DNA from: a virus
Lineage: Duplodnaviria > Caudoviricetes
Virus record (IMG/VR): IMGVR_UViG_3300036801_000089
Coordinates: 1 to 50,707 of that record
Reading direction: 5' to 3' (one strand)
Length of the DNA: 50,707 bases
Part shown: positions 19,844 through 28,960 of the stretch, in pieces
Numbering within the stretch: the first letter of the stretch is position 1
How the letters are laid out: every line of letters begins with the position of its first letter
Program-made: the position numbers and the translations under genes
The notes under the pieces: model-generated
What the model saw: only the letters and a program-made list of their open reading frames with translations
Told to the model about the DNA's origin: nothing
Database searches by the model: none

Positions 19844-20716
19844 TTACACCGTGACTTGCAGCATATCCGCTTCCATTTGCATGAGGTTCAGGCCCGTTGG
19901 CGTCATATGGCTCCTGCGGTTGATGAACTCCGGCGAAATAAGCGCGTGTACTTCGTCGATGTATGGACCGTTCGAGGGATCGTTGTACAGCCAGAACGCC
20001 TGGGTGATTTCGATTAAGCCGCCCCAGGAGATGCAGGTAAAAGTAACGGTGCCATCGGCGTTGGTGACGTATTTCGGAACCCATACAGCGTGGCCGCCCC
20101 AGGAGCCAGGGACCGCATCCGGCCCGCTCGACACATCCCACACGTTTAATCCCTGAACCGATACGGGTAGCTGGATTCCAAGAAACACTCCGCCGAACAG
20201 GTGAATCGCTTGCTTGATCTCGGCAATGTTGCGCGGATTGGGATCGGCGTACATGCTCAGAGAGTAGGAATAGAAACTCGACTTGCGCCACGCATTGAGT
20301 ACGCTGATCTCATAGCAGCCCTGGTCGGTGCGAGGCTTTCCGGGCACATAGCCGCACCAATTCTCGTAGCCAGCGAGAATCACAGAATCGGGAGGAGTAT
20401 CGGCGAAGCTGCGCGCGGCGGCTGAAAATATCTGCTGCGCGTGGCCGACGGCTGCAATCACGCAATCGCCGAGCGCGTCATTGAGCATCATCGAGAAATC
20501 CTTGATGCCCATCGTGTAATCCACCGAGGGTGGCGCCGGAGGAAGCGTTGAAAGGAGATATTTCCCGAGCTTGAGCGTGCGAGGGTCGATGATGGCTGGT
20601 TTCTTGCCGAGTTTGCAGATCGGGACGGGATGGTGATGGTGGTGGAAATGGTGATGAGGTTCACGCCGATTTTCGGCGTGGTGGTGGTGATGATGATGGC
20701 GGCGTTTCATGTTCAT
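19844..20716 (-). CDS. papain-like (C1-type) cysteine peptidase with poly-His N-terminus
   Basis: ND.LGDCV (Cys), GGHAV (His), ISWG motifs. Confidence 0.7.
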   Translation of the reverse strand: MNMKRRHHHHHHHAENRREPHHHFHHHHHPVPICKLGKKPAIIDPRTLKLGKYLLSTLPPAPPSVDYTMGIKDFSMMLNDALGDCVIAAVGHAQQIFSAAARSFADTPPDSVILAGYENWCGYVPGKPRTDQGCYEISVLNAWRKSSFYSYSLSMYADPNPRNIAEIKQAIHLFGGVFLGIQLPVSVQGLNVWDVSSGPDAVPGSWGGHAVWVPKYVTNADGTVTFTCISWGGLIEITQAFWLYNDPSNGPYIDEVHALISPEFINRRSHMTPTGLNLMQMEADMLQVTV

Positions 20717-21237
20717 CGGATACTCCTCAGCACAGCTTTAATGACTTTATCACGGCTTTCGTCGATTGTTTCCGCGGCGGTGTTGCATTCAATCTCTGGC
20801 GTTAGAGGTGGCTCATACGGATCGTCGATTCCGGTGAAGTTCCATAATTCTCCGGCTCTGACTTTGGCATACAACCCTTTCGGATCACGAGTCTCGCAGA
20901 CCGAAAGCGGTGCGTGTACATGCACTTCAATGATTTTACCAAGTGTTTTGTAGACTTCCTGCCTAGTGTCGTAATAGGGAGAGATGACGGCAACCATCAC
21001 GATGATGCCATTGCGAGCGAGCAAATGCGCGACGTAACCGATTCTGTGGATGTTGTCGTCACGGTCAGTCTTAGTGAATCCCAAGCCGCTGGTGAGATTC
21101 TTGCGCACATCGTCACCATCTAGAACTTCGACTGGCAGTTTGCGCCTGATAAGTTCTTTGGCTACTGCCTGACAAATGGTGGTTTTGCCAGAGCCGCTGA
21201 GTCCAGTTAGCCAGACGACCAAGCCTTCTTTACTCAC
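20713..21237 (-). CDS. cysC: adenylyl-sulfate (APS) kinase
   Basis: WLTGLSGSGKTT P-loop, LDGDDVR, LGF...DR..NI.RIG, RDPKGLY, FTGIDDPYEPP. Confidence 0.95.
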   Translation of the reverse strand: MSKEGLVVWLTGLSGSGKTTICQAVAKELIRRKLPVEVLDGDDVRKNLTSGLGFTKTDRDDNIHRIGYVAHLLARNGIIVMVAVISPYYDTRQEVYKTLGKIIEVHVHAPLSVCETRDPKGLYAKVRAGELWNFTGIDDPYEPPLTPEIECNTAAETIDESRDKVIKAVLRSIR

Positions 21238-22867
21238 GACGCCACCAACGGCAAATCCAGCGGAACAATTTCTGGAGCCAACTAACGTGGTGATGATGAT
21301 GATGGCGTTCGTGCTTTCGGGCCGTATCTATAATTTTGGCAGCCACGGCGATCATCAACTTGCGATTGTTCTCCGGCACCTGCTCCCACGGGACCGCTGA
21401 GGCTTTCCGTGTCTCGTACCCGAAACCCGGAGCAAGGTGCTCATAAGTATCGTGAAAGCGTTTTGCAAGTCGTTCTTCCTCCGTGGCAGGCTCGGTATAG
21501 ATTTCAGCAGCAGCGGCGATAAACTTGTTTTGCTGAGTATTATTATTCCACGGAAAGGGAGCATCGGGGACAGGTTTCCCGAGAAATTTACACAGTACGT
21601 TCCATCCATCGCTGGCTGGGATGTCGAGAATCAGCAAGTCATCGGGACGATATTTGAAATACCGCTTCACTTCCGCGTTGTGACGCCGATACCGCGCAAG
21701 GAAGACCTCGGTGTTGAAATCTTTCTGGCCGTACAGGATCGTGTGAATGTGATTGGTGAAGGGATATTTATCCCACACCCAGCGGGTAGGATTGTAGCGG
21801 TAGTCCCAAAGCCTCTCCACGCTTTTGATCCAATTCCGCTCGTCGCGCACCGTGAGGATGAACTTCGAGCCGGGATACAAACTGTCTAATTGCCGATAGA
21901 GCAAGGGAATCGGGTTATCGGAGAGCGCGTACCAGCGTTCGAGAGTTTTTGATCTGCCCTGCTGCGACTCCCACCAGATCAAGGGAGCTTCTCCGGCACC
22001 CCAATGAAAGCTATCGAAGCCGAGAGCCTGAAATGCTTTGTGTAGCGAGCTGGTCGCCGTCTTGTGCATTCCAATTCCGAAGATGCGGGTCGGCAGCGGT
22101 GTAAGCGTGATGGTGCGCGAGTCGGGATGACGCCGCACCGCGCCGAGGCCGAACCGCCCGTAATTCACAACTGTTTGCGTGCGAGCGGCCACGGTCAGTA
22201 CATGCTGCTTGGTTTCATACTTCTGCGCCTCGGGATACTCTTTGAAGCGAATCTCGGCGGGATGGGGGATCGTATTCAGGAAGCCGTTGTCGATGTGCCG
22301 CATCGAATAGCCCATCCGTTGCAGGCGGAAGATCATGTCCATATCTTCGCTGCCCCAAACATCGAAAATCTCGTCGTACCCTCCGGTCTTGATGAAGTCT
22401 TGCGCCCGGATTGCCAGGCGACCGGCATAGCCACGCATCGGACGGGAAGGACCGTGGGGAAGGCTATGGATGAGCGGAAAATCAGGGCATAGGAATATCC
22501 GCGGCTCGGCGAACTGGTCGCTGATAAATTGAGCGAATCCGAGGCCAGTGTAATTGTCCGCATCGAGGGTAACGAGAATGTCCGCGCCTTCGAGGATGCC
22601 GCACCTGGCCGCTAAATTTTTAGCGTGGGCCATACGAAACGGCCCAGGCACCGGATCAAGGAAAGAGTAGACGACTAGCCGACCAGATTCGATGTCCTGC
22701 TGGTGATTCCTAAAGAGATAAGGAAGCAGATCATCAGGGCTGGAATAGTCAAGGACGACGAATACGGCGTTCGCGTAGGATGCGTTGTCGGCGAGATTGC
22801 GGGGAAGGGTTGACTTGAGATGCTGGGCGCGATTCTTGCACGTAGTGACGAAGGCGATTCGTTTCAT
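21230..22867 (-). CDS. GT-A glycosyltransferase (GT2/GT7-like) fused to a PAPS-dependent sulfotransferase
   Basis: N-half: TTCKNR, AKNLA, LDAD, GGYDE...WGSED. C-half: GIGMHKTATSSL (5'-PSB) and FILTVRD..W..S (3'-PB). Confidence 0.85.
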   Translation of the reverse strand: MKRIAFVTTCKNRAQHLKSTLPRNLADNASYANAVFVVLDYSSPDDLLPYLFRNHQQDIESGRLVVYSFLDPVPGPFRMAHAKNLAARCGILEGADILVTLDADNYTGLGFAQFISDQFAEPRIFLCPDFPLIHSLPHGPSRPMRGYAGRLAIRAQDFIKTGGYDEIFDVWGSEDMDMIFRLQRMGYSMRHIDNGFLNTIPHPAEIRFKEYPEAQKYETKQHVLTVAARTQTVVNYGRFGLGAVRRHPDSRTITLTPLPTRIFGIGMHKTATSSLHKAFQALGFDSFHWGAGEAPLIWWESQQGRSKTLERWYALSDNPIPLLYRQLDSLYPGSKFILTVRDERNWIKSVERLWDYRYNPTRWVWDKYPFTNHIHTILYGQKDFNTEVFLARYRRHNAEVKRYFKYRPDDLLILDIPASDGWNVLCKFLGKPVPDAPFPWNNNTQQNKFIAAAAEIYTEPATEEERLAKRFHDTYEHLAPGFGYETRKASAVPWEQVPENNRKLMIAVAAKIIDTARKHERHHHHHHVSWLQKLFRWICRWWRRE

Positions 22868-22868
22868 G

Positions 22869-23468
22869 CTAGTGAATTGAGATTTCTGGATGCCCGGCTG
22901 CTGCGGCAACCGCATTATAGTCGTGCTTAAAGTCGCTTACGCGATTGTAAAACTTAGGAGTCACCGTGAGTTGTCTCGCCCCGACGTGAAAGGAAGTTGT
23001 GAGCGTCTTAGTGCCCGTTGCGGGAAGCTGGCCCATAAATCCCTCGATGGCGGCGAGGATCACATTCGCTAGGCCGATAACGATATTCAAGATTGGATTG
23101 TTGCCGATATTGAGCGCGTTGAAGAAGGTTTGGAAGTTGTTCACGATGTCGCTTAGGAAGGTGCGAATCTTCGCCAGCAGGGTAGCCTTGTCAGTTGGAT
23201 TCGCGTCCGCATTGTACTCACTGATGGCAGCGGAGAGGTCGGCAAAGGTGGCCTTGATGAGCACGATAATCGCGGCGGCACCTGGAGGCATCAGCGGGCC
23301 AAGAACGGTCACGATGCCCTGGAGCGCGGTTAGGCCAATCGGAATCCACGTAAGGATGTCATTGAACACGTTGCAGCCACCGAGAAACAGTGCTGAGGTG
23401 CCAGCGGAGAACAGTAGGAGCACCTTACCCGTCCACTTGCTGAAATCCCTGCGAGTCAAAAGATTCAT
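22869..23468 (-). CDS. twin-arginine (Tat) lipoprotein
   Basis: TRRDFS Tat motif, hydrophobic stretch, LGGC lipobox. Confidence 0.7.
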   Translation of the reverse strand: MNLLTRRDFSKWTGKVLLLFSAGTSALFLGGCNVFNDILTWIPIGLTALQGIVTVLGPLMPPGAAAIIVLIKATFADLSAAISEYNADANPTDKATLLAKIRTFLSDIVNNFQTFFNALNIGNNPILNIVIGLANVILAAIEGFMGQLPATGTKTLTTSFHVGARQLTVTPKFYNRVSDFKHDYNAVAAAAGHPEISIH

Positions 23469-23566
23469 TGGGTAGTTTCCTCTCGCGGGAGAATATCACG
23501 ATTGCCGAATACTGCCACTAGAAATACTCCTTGACACTGATTTGGTACACATGATACAGATGTCCC
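23469..23566. promoter_or_regulatory. divergent promoter region
   Basis: TTGACA at 23531 (+) before a leaderless-looking RHH gene; TGaTATTCT extended -10 on the minus strand. Confidence 0.45.
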
Positions 23567-23725
23567 ATGCGAGACACTACGAATCTGAACATTCGCAAAT
23601 TTCCCAATCATTTACTGACAACGCTAAAGATTCAAGCAACGCTGCGCGGGTTGACACTGAAGGATTTTGTCATCAAAATTCTCGGCGATGCAACGAAACG
23701 AGGCGAACAAGGACGGTCCACATGA
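23567..23725 (+). CDS. ribbon-helix-helix (Arc/FitA-like) regulator
   Basis: Manual translation MRDTTNLNIRKFPNHLLTTLKIQATLRGLTLKDFVIKIL... Confidence 0.7.
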   Translation: MRDTTNLNIRKFPNHLLTTLKIQATLRGLTLKDFVIKILGDATKRGEQGRST

Positions 23726-23847
23726 AGCGATATTATTTTAATAAGTACGCAGTGTTTAACGAAGTAATGGCGCTGGTTGGCGTGGCCCTGCTGATCGTGT
23801 GCGCGTGGCTGCTGGCCGTCGCGTTTACGCCGAATGGAGGACGATGA
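23722..23847 (+). CDS. small membrane protein
   Basis: ATGA overlaps at both ends; one TM segment. Confidence 0.5.
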   Translation: MKRYYFNKYAVFNEVMALVGVALLIVCAWLLAVAFTPNGGR

Positions 23848-24611
23848 TGAGCACAAAATCTGAAGCAACAGCGAAGGTGCCGCCGCGAGAAGGACACGTT
23901 CAGGTGGACATTAGCTTTGATCGTGCTCCCCAAGTAGCACTCGCGCAGAGACAGCCGCAGCTTTCCGAACAACTCTTGGCGTGTAAAATTACCGACCAAC
24001 TATCGCTGAACCATGCAAGCAAACATATTCAGCTAGCAGTCGAGTGGCTGAAAGCCGTGGACCGCATCATGGACCCGGTGCGCGAGGCAACGCATCGTGC
24101 CTGGAAATCGGCGATAGCCGCGCAGGACGAGTTCAAGGCGCCTGTGGAACGCCCGCTGAAGATGCTCAAGGCTCTGGCAGCGAAGTATCTGGCCGATGTC
24201 GAAGCCGAAAAACAGCGCAAGCAGCGTGAAGCCGATGAGGAACAACGCAGGAAGAACGAAGCGGACGCGCGGAGCATGGCTGCGGACCTGAAAAGGATGG
24301 GTGCCAGCAAGGAAGAGATCGCCGACGTGAGACAGGAAATCAAGGCAACGCCCGCAGCGGTGGTTCAGGCTGAGGCTGCGGCACCGTCAGGCATGAGTAG
24401 CCGGATGCTGTACTCGGCAGAAATTGTGGACATGAAAGCGTTTTTGACACATCTGGTGAGTGACCAATACCTGCTGACGCTGTTTGGCTACAGTGCCAGT
24501 TTCAAAAAGAGCATAGAGAGCGAACTGAGATCGGAAGCAACGAACCGTAAGGACAAGTACGACATTCCCGGCACACGTTTAGTGAAAACACCATCCGGCG
24601 CGTGGAGGTAA
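23844..24611 (+). CDS. coiled-coil recombination-module protein (Gp157/Gam-like)
   Basis: Long coiled coil ending IPGTRLV; upstream of the putative recombinase. Confidence 0.5.
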   Translation: MMSTKSEATAKVPPREGHVQVDISFDRAPQVALAQRQPQLSEQLLACKITDQLSLNHASKHIQLAVEWLKAVDRIMDPVREATHRAWKSAIAAQDEFKAPVERPLKMLKALAAKYLADVEAEKQRKQREADEEQRRKNEADARSMAADLKRMGASKEEIADVRQEIKATPAAVVQAEAAAPSGMSSRMLYSAEIVDMKAFLTHLVSDQYLLTLFGYSASFKKSIESELRSEATNRKDKYDIPGTRLVKTPSGAWR

Positions 24612-24613
24612 CA

Positions 24614-25975
24614 ATGGCTAAACAGACGAAGGAAGAAGAAACGGAATTTACCGAACTGGCCCCCCGCACGACGCAAATTATCCGTGCTGCGCCGGCGGAC
24701 CTGATGCTGACCCCGGCATTCGATCTAGACACAGCTCAAAACCGACTCGCCGAACTGCAAAAGTTCGTGGAATTTTACATGAAGGAAGGCGAGGACTTCG
24801 GCAAGATCCCCGGTACGCCGAAACCGACGCTGTATAAATCCGGTGCTGACAAGCTCTGCGACATCTACGCGCTAGCCGATAAGTACCAAGTGACGAACCG
24901 GACGGAGGATTGGGACCGCAGCCTGTTCGACTATGAGGTTGAATGCTCACTGGTATCGAAGCGTACTGGACAGCTCGTGTCTACGGGCCTCGGCTCATGC
25001 AATTCGTTCGAGGGAAAATATCGCTGGCGCGAAAACAAGCGGGCGTGCCCTGCCTGCGGCAAAGAAACCATTATCAAAGGGAAAGAGGAATACGGTGGCG
25101 GGTGGCTGTGCTGGAGGAAAGAAGGCAAGTCGGACGGCTGCGGCGCGAAATTCCCAATTGAAGATGATTCGATTATCTCACAGCAAGTCGGGAAAACACA
25201 GAACGATGACGTGGCAACTCTGAAGAACACGATCCTGAAGATGGCAAAGAAGCGCGCGAAGGTGGACGCGGTACTCTCAGCTACCCGGTCGAGCGGACTA
25301 TTCACGCAGGACATGGACGACATCCAGCCGGCAGAGGAACCGCCCGCCAATAATCATAAGAGTCAAGAGCCACCCAAGAAGGCGGCGCCACCCGCGGCGC
25401 GAACCGCGAAGCCAGCAAGCACGGGCCAGGAGAACGTAACCCTAACCCCGTACAAAGAGGGATTCGTAGCCCTGTCAGGCAATGGGTTGCCGATCGTGCG
25501 CTCGAACCTGGATAACAAAATGATGGCCGAACTGGGGTGGAAGTGGGAAGGGAATATAGCGATCATTCCCGCCAAGAACGGATTTAAATTCGTAGACCTG
25601 TGCAAGAAGCACAACGTAGGCACGATTTGGATGGAAGCACCGCAGCGTGGCCCACTGGCGCCACCGAAGGCGAATATCCCGCCGATGCCCGTCATCGAGG
25701 ACGAACCGGAACCAAGCAACGGAAGTGATCCCATCATTACCTCGGCGAAGCGAGTGCGCGGGACCAAGCCGGGTGCCAAAGAATATCTAGCGGTGGAGTG
25801 GGACGGTAAGAGGGCGAGCTGCTGGGGAAAACGCCTATGGCCCCATATCGAGCATCACGTTGGACGGCCAGCGGTGCTGACACTGGAAACGAAGGGCCAG
25901 TACACCAATGTCGTTGGTATCGTAAGTCTCGATGGCGAGGAATTTTTCACGGAGCCAATCGAGGATAGGACTTGA
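24614..25975 (+). CDS. putative single-strand annealing/recombination protein
   Basis: DFGKIPGTPKPTLYKSGADKL, G.GSCNSFE.KY, NTILKMAKKRA.VDAVL..T..SGLFTQD motifs; internal Zn ribbon. Confidence 0.55.
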   Translation: MAKQTKEEETEFTELAPRTTQIIRAAPADLMLTPAFDLDTAQNRLAELQKFVEFYMKEGEDFGKIPGTPKPTLYKSGADKLCDIYALADKYQVTNRTEDWDRSLFDYEVECSLVSKRTGQLVSTGLGSCNSFEGKYRWRENKRACPACGKETIIKGKEEYGGGWLCWRKEGKSDGCGAKFPIEDDSIISQQVGKTQNDDVATLKNTILKMAKKRAKVDAVLSATRSSGLFTQDMDDIQPAEEPPANNHKSQEPPKKAAPPAARTAKPASTGQENVTLTPYKEGFVALSGNGLPIVRSNLDNKMMAELGWKWEGNIAIIPAKNGFKFVDLCKKHNVGTIWMEAPQRGPLAPPKANIPPMPVIEDEPEPSNGSDPIITSAKRVRGTKPGAKEYLAVEWDGKRASCWGKRLWPHIEHHVGRPAVLTLETKGQYTNVVGIVSLDGEEFFTEPIEDRT

Positions 25976-26136
25976 TCTTGCCCGCACACGCAGCGCGCAA
26001 GTCCTGGGAGACTCGGGATACTAACCCATACATTCTCCGGCTCCCAGGATTGTTATTTCAATACTGTAGCGGGGAACTCGTCGGTAAAATGGCTTTTTGA
26101 AATCACTGGCGCGTAACGGAACTGCGAGGTACCTGA

Positions 26137-26625
26137 GTGAAGCTCGACGCCAATTTCAGCCCGGACCGAAAATATCGCTATCGACTCCGGCGCATTTGGA
26201 GCGAAAAGCCGCCGCTGGTTTGGATCATGCTCAATCCTTCGACGGCAGACGAGCGTCGCGACGATCCGACCATACGCCGCTACATTGCTCGAGGACTAAA
26301 TGAAGGGTACGGCGGCGTGATCATCTTGAATATTTTTGCATGGCGTTCAACGTGGCCCGGAGGGCTGCTGCAAACCACCGATCCGAATGGCCCGGAAAAC
26401 GACGGATACATTGAGCGTGAGACAGTTTCGAGGCAAGTGATTTGCGCGTGGGGCAGCTTACACAAATCCCTGCGGCAGAGAGAATGCGATGTGCTTGAGA
26501 TGCTTTCCGGGAGGACGTTGTTCTACCTAAAAATAAATAAAATGACGGGAAGTCCGGCGCATCCGCTGTATCTGTCAAAGAAATTGACCATGAAGCCGTT
26601 TTTAGCTGAACCGACTGGCGCGTAA
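26137..26625 (+). CDS. DUF1643 family protein
   Basis: YRYRL.R.W, IMLNPSTAD..DDPTIRR, N.FA.RST.P, AWG, P.HPLY. Confidence 0.85.
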   Translation: MKLDANFSPDRKYRYRLRRIWSEKPPLVWIMLNPSTADERRDDPTIRRYIARGLNEGYGGVIILNIFAWRSTWPGGLLQTTDPNGPENDGYIERETVSRQVICAWGSLHKSLRQRECDVLEMLSGRTLFYLKINKMTGSPAHPLYLSKKLTMKPFLAEPTGA

Positions 26626-26644
26626 CTGGAATTTGGGAGGAGCA

Positions 26645-26947
26645 ATGGAAGATTCCGAGATCATCAAGAGTTTCGAGTCCGACTCCGGCGCCGGCGCTGC
26701 CGATAGCTGGCGACCTGTGAGAATTGCGCCGCCCGATGGAGAGGTTCATTTTCTGGGCGATGTTAAAGGGCCGCCCTCTGAGCGGAGAACGCGCCTTAAC
26801 GGAAAAATGGCTGAAGCTAGGCCGTGCGCGAATTATACAAACTGCCTTTGTGGAGGACGTAACTTTGAACTTCGGTATGACGGCTTTATTCCCATCGTTG
26901 GAACGGACGTGGTAATTACATGCGAGCATCAAATCCTAGCAGACTGA
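26645..26947 (+). CDS. hypothetical protein
   Basis: GGAGG RBS; lies between repeat copies. Confidence 0.5.
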   Translation: MEDSEIIKSFESDSGAGAADSWRPVRIAPPDGEVHFLGDVKGPPSERRTRLNGKMAEARPCANYTNCLCGGRNFELRYDGFIPIVGTDVVITCEHQILAD

Positions 26948-27025
26948 GCGCGGAAACGGTTTTGGTTTGAAACCGACTGGCGCGTAACTGACAGGCCGGG
27001 GCGAGGCGCGTGGAGTACGAGATCA

Positions 27026-27241
27026 ATGAGAAAACTTTTGTGCTGGGTTTTCGGTCATCAATACGCGGAGATTATGCGGTTGTCGGATTTCTGTCACCTA
27101 GTCGGATGCGTTCGCTGCAAGAAACGATGGGGAATGAATACGGCCGTTCACGCCCTCGTGGAATGGGACATGCAGCTAGAAGACTTTCATAGATCAATGG
27201 GTCCAGTTGCGAGAAAACGGTCTACAAAGAAAGGAATTTGA
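27026..27241 (+). CDS. small Cys/His protein
   Basis: LLCWVFGH...CVRC pattern common in phage microproteins. Confidence 0.55.
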   Translation: MRKLLCWVFGHQYAEIMRLSDFCHLVGCVRCKKRWGMNTAVHALVEWDMQLEDFHRSMGPVARKRSTKKGI

Positions 27242-27244
27242 TCC

Positions 27245-27382
27245 ATGAGCAAGAAACTTGATCCCGATATTCGAGCACTGAAAATGTGCGTAAAAGCATT
27301 AGAGAAAATCGGCACACCGAGAATGCTCCAAGCCAACCTTGACTTTCTCGTAGGTCGTTTTAGGAAGAAAGGAACTTCATGA
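27245..27382 (+). CDS. hypothetical microprotein
   Basis: Manual translation MSKKLDPDIRALK...; AAGGA RBS; ATGA coupling. Confidence 0.5.
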   Translation: MSKKLDPDIRALKMCVKALEKIGTPRMLQANLDFLVGRFRKKGTS

Positions 27383-27834
27383 GCGGCCTACCTGAGAAGT
27401 GGAAAGAAGCGATACGCGAAGTTGTGGACCAGTATTTTTACCCTGATGACACAGAGAAAGAGATGACTGCTGAAATCACTGCCGCTCTCACTAAATTGTG
27501 GCAGGAGCAGCAAGCCCAGGAGCAACGGGACCTGGAAGCGGCTAACAAAACCGGCTTTCGACACGGCAGAGAGTGGGAATTGGCTGAATGGGAACGCCAC
27601 TTGCTTGAGCATTCTCCGCGCATTCCTGGGGTATGTTCATGGTGCTCGGGAGAGAAAGACCATGATGCCGAACTGAGTAAGCGGGTGCGAAATCAAGCCC
27701 TACTTGACGCGGCTGGTGTTTGCATTCCAACGGAAGAAGGCGATGATTGTAATGGTGGTTGCCATGATTCAGACGCAGCGGCCATCCGCGCCCTGCTGGA
27801 TAAACCGGAGTCTACTGTGAGGGAGCAGCCATGA
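27379..27834 (+). CDS. hypothetical protein
   Basis: Coupled ORF in the early array. Confidence 0.6.
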   Translation: MSGLPEKWKEAIREVVDQYFYPDDTEKEMTAEITAALTKLWQEQQAQEQRDLEAANKTGFRHGREWELAEWERHLLEHSPRIPGVCSWCSGEKDHDAELSKRVRNQALLDAAGVCIPTEEGDDCNGGCHDSDAAAIRALLDKPESTVREQP

Positions 27835-28433
27835 TCTTAACGGCGGCACAAATGCAAGGATATTTAGATCGGATCGAGCAGCTAGAAGCCGAACTGATCG
27901 CTGTAAGGGCTCCCATCGAAGCTACTGACGAAGAGTTTGATATTTGGATGACGCTGCGAAAGCATATTTTCACCCTAGAATCCGAACGCGACCAATTCCA
28001 AAAGCTATTTGAAGATGCATTTGAAAAACTCACCACATCCCGAGCGGAAATAGCGGCTATCGTGCAGTTGGCGGCTAATAAGTTACAAGGGTGGAAGGAT
28101 CAATATGAGTCAGAACATGGCCAAGTTGATCGAGAAACAAACGTTTGGGAAGCCAATGAACTAGAGCAGCAGTATTGTGAAACATTACAAGAATCGATTG
28201 ACGCCATTCTCGCCCTCGCCAAGCTCCCGCACCGATTGGCGCTAGAAGAGAGAGTAGCGGAGGATGTGCTGAAACAGCTTGGGGTTTGTAATAGCTGGCA
28301 CCGTAGTGACTTGGACTACAGAGAACCAAACGCTTTACACATCCCGGTCCACTGCTACGAGTGTCGGATGTATGACACAGCTATTTCAGCGGCCCGCGCC
28401 AATCTCGCCCGCATCAAGCGGGAGAGGGAATAA
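27831..28433 (+). CDS. hypothetical protein
   Basis: Coupled ORF; GGGAG RBS. Confidence 0.6.
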   Translation: MILTAAQMQGYLDRIEQLEAELIAVRAPIEATDEEFDIWMTLRKHIFTLESERDQFQKLFEDAFEKLTTSRAEIAAIVQLAANKLQGWKDQYESEHGQVDRETNVWEANELEQQYCETLQESIDAILALAKLPHRLALEERVAEDVLKQLGVCNSWHRSDLDYREPNALHIPVHCYECRMYDTAISAARANLARIKRERE

Positions 28434-28437
28434 GTTA

Positions 28438-28680
28438 ATGCCTCACACAAGATTAACTAAAAGCAAGTCTCTCGTTGGCCAAGAGGAAACCATTACGGCA
28501 ATGGACCTGCGTAAAACTCCTGGCGATATTTTGATGCAGGTTCAAATGGGGGAAATTTTTAACATTACCAGAAATGGCGTTATCGTTGCTGTGCTGTCGG
28601 CACCCGAGATGAATGCTCTAGAGCTTGGAGCAGAAGTACGTAGGATAGAGCACAAGCGGGAGAGGGAGCAGGGGGGATGA
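28438..28680 (+). CDS. Phd/YefM-family antitoxin-like protein
   Basis: TITAMDLRKTPGDILMQVQMGEIFNITRNGVIVAVL matches the Phd/YefM pattern. Confidence 0.7.
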   Translation: MPHTRLTKSKSLVGQEETITAMDLRKTPGDILMQVQMGEIFNITRNGVIVAVLSAPEMNALELGAEVRRIEHKREREQGG

Positions 28681-28931
28681 TAAAACGTAACGAGTTAACT
28701 GACCCCTCTAGTTGCATGAATCGCGCCAAGGATAATGAGATGACATTCGTTTTATTGGGCCGTGATGTTGCCGCCCCAGTAGCAATCAGGGCTTGGGTTA
28801 TAGAGCGTATTCGCATCGGAAAGAATGTGGCTGACGATCCACAAATCGTAGAGGCAATAAAGTGTGCCGCAGAAATGGAACGTAACATCTCTCAGGCCGA
28901 AGGTTGCGTGAAAGGGATTTGCAAAGAGTAA
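28677..28931 (+). CDS. conserved phage hypothetical protein
   Basis: SC.NRA.D.E..FVLLGRD.AAP..IR.W motif. Confidence 0.6.
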   Translation: MIKRNELTDPSSCMNRAKDNEMTFVLLGRDVAAPVAIRAWVIERIRIGKNVADDPQIVEAIKCAAEMERNISQAEGCVKGICKE

Positions 28932-28960
28932 GTTTTAGATCGTTTTCTTTTAACTGAACT

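Larger units (their letters stand above)
26105..26990 (+). repeat. three gene-junction direct repeats ACTGGCGCGTAAC (26105, 26614, 26976)
   Basis: Copies 2 and 3 are identical over 19 bp (ACCGACTGGCGCGTAACTG). Confidence 0.85.

Noticed and set aside
20713-21237. cysC as host contamination or a prophage boundary
   Set aside because: It overlaps phage-operon neighbours on both sides and is flanked by phage modules
26002-26049. TCCTGGGAG/CTCCCAGGA inverted repeat as a tRNA or terminator
   Set aside because: No cloverleaf and no U-tract; function cannot be supported
26105-26990. Three-copy repeat as a possible CRISPR array
   Set aside because: Repeats are only 13-19 bp, the intervals are whole genes of 350-500 bp, and there are no cas genes
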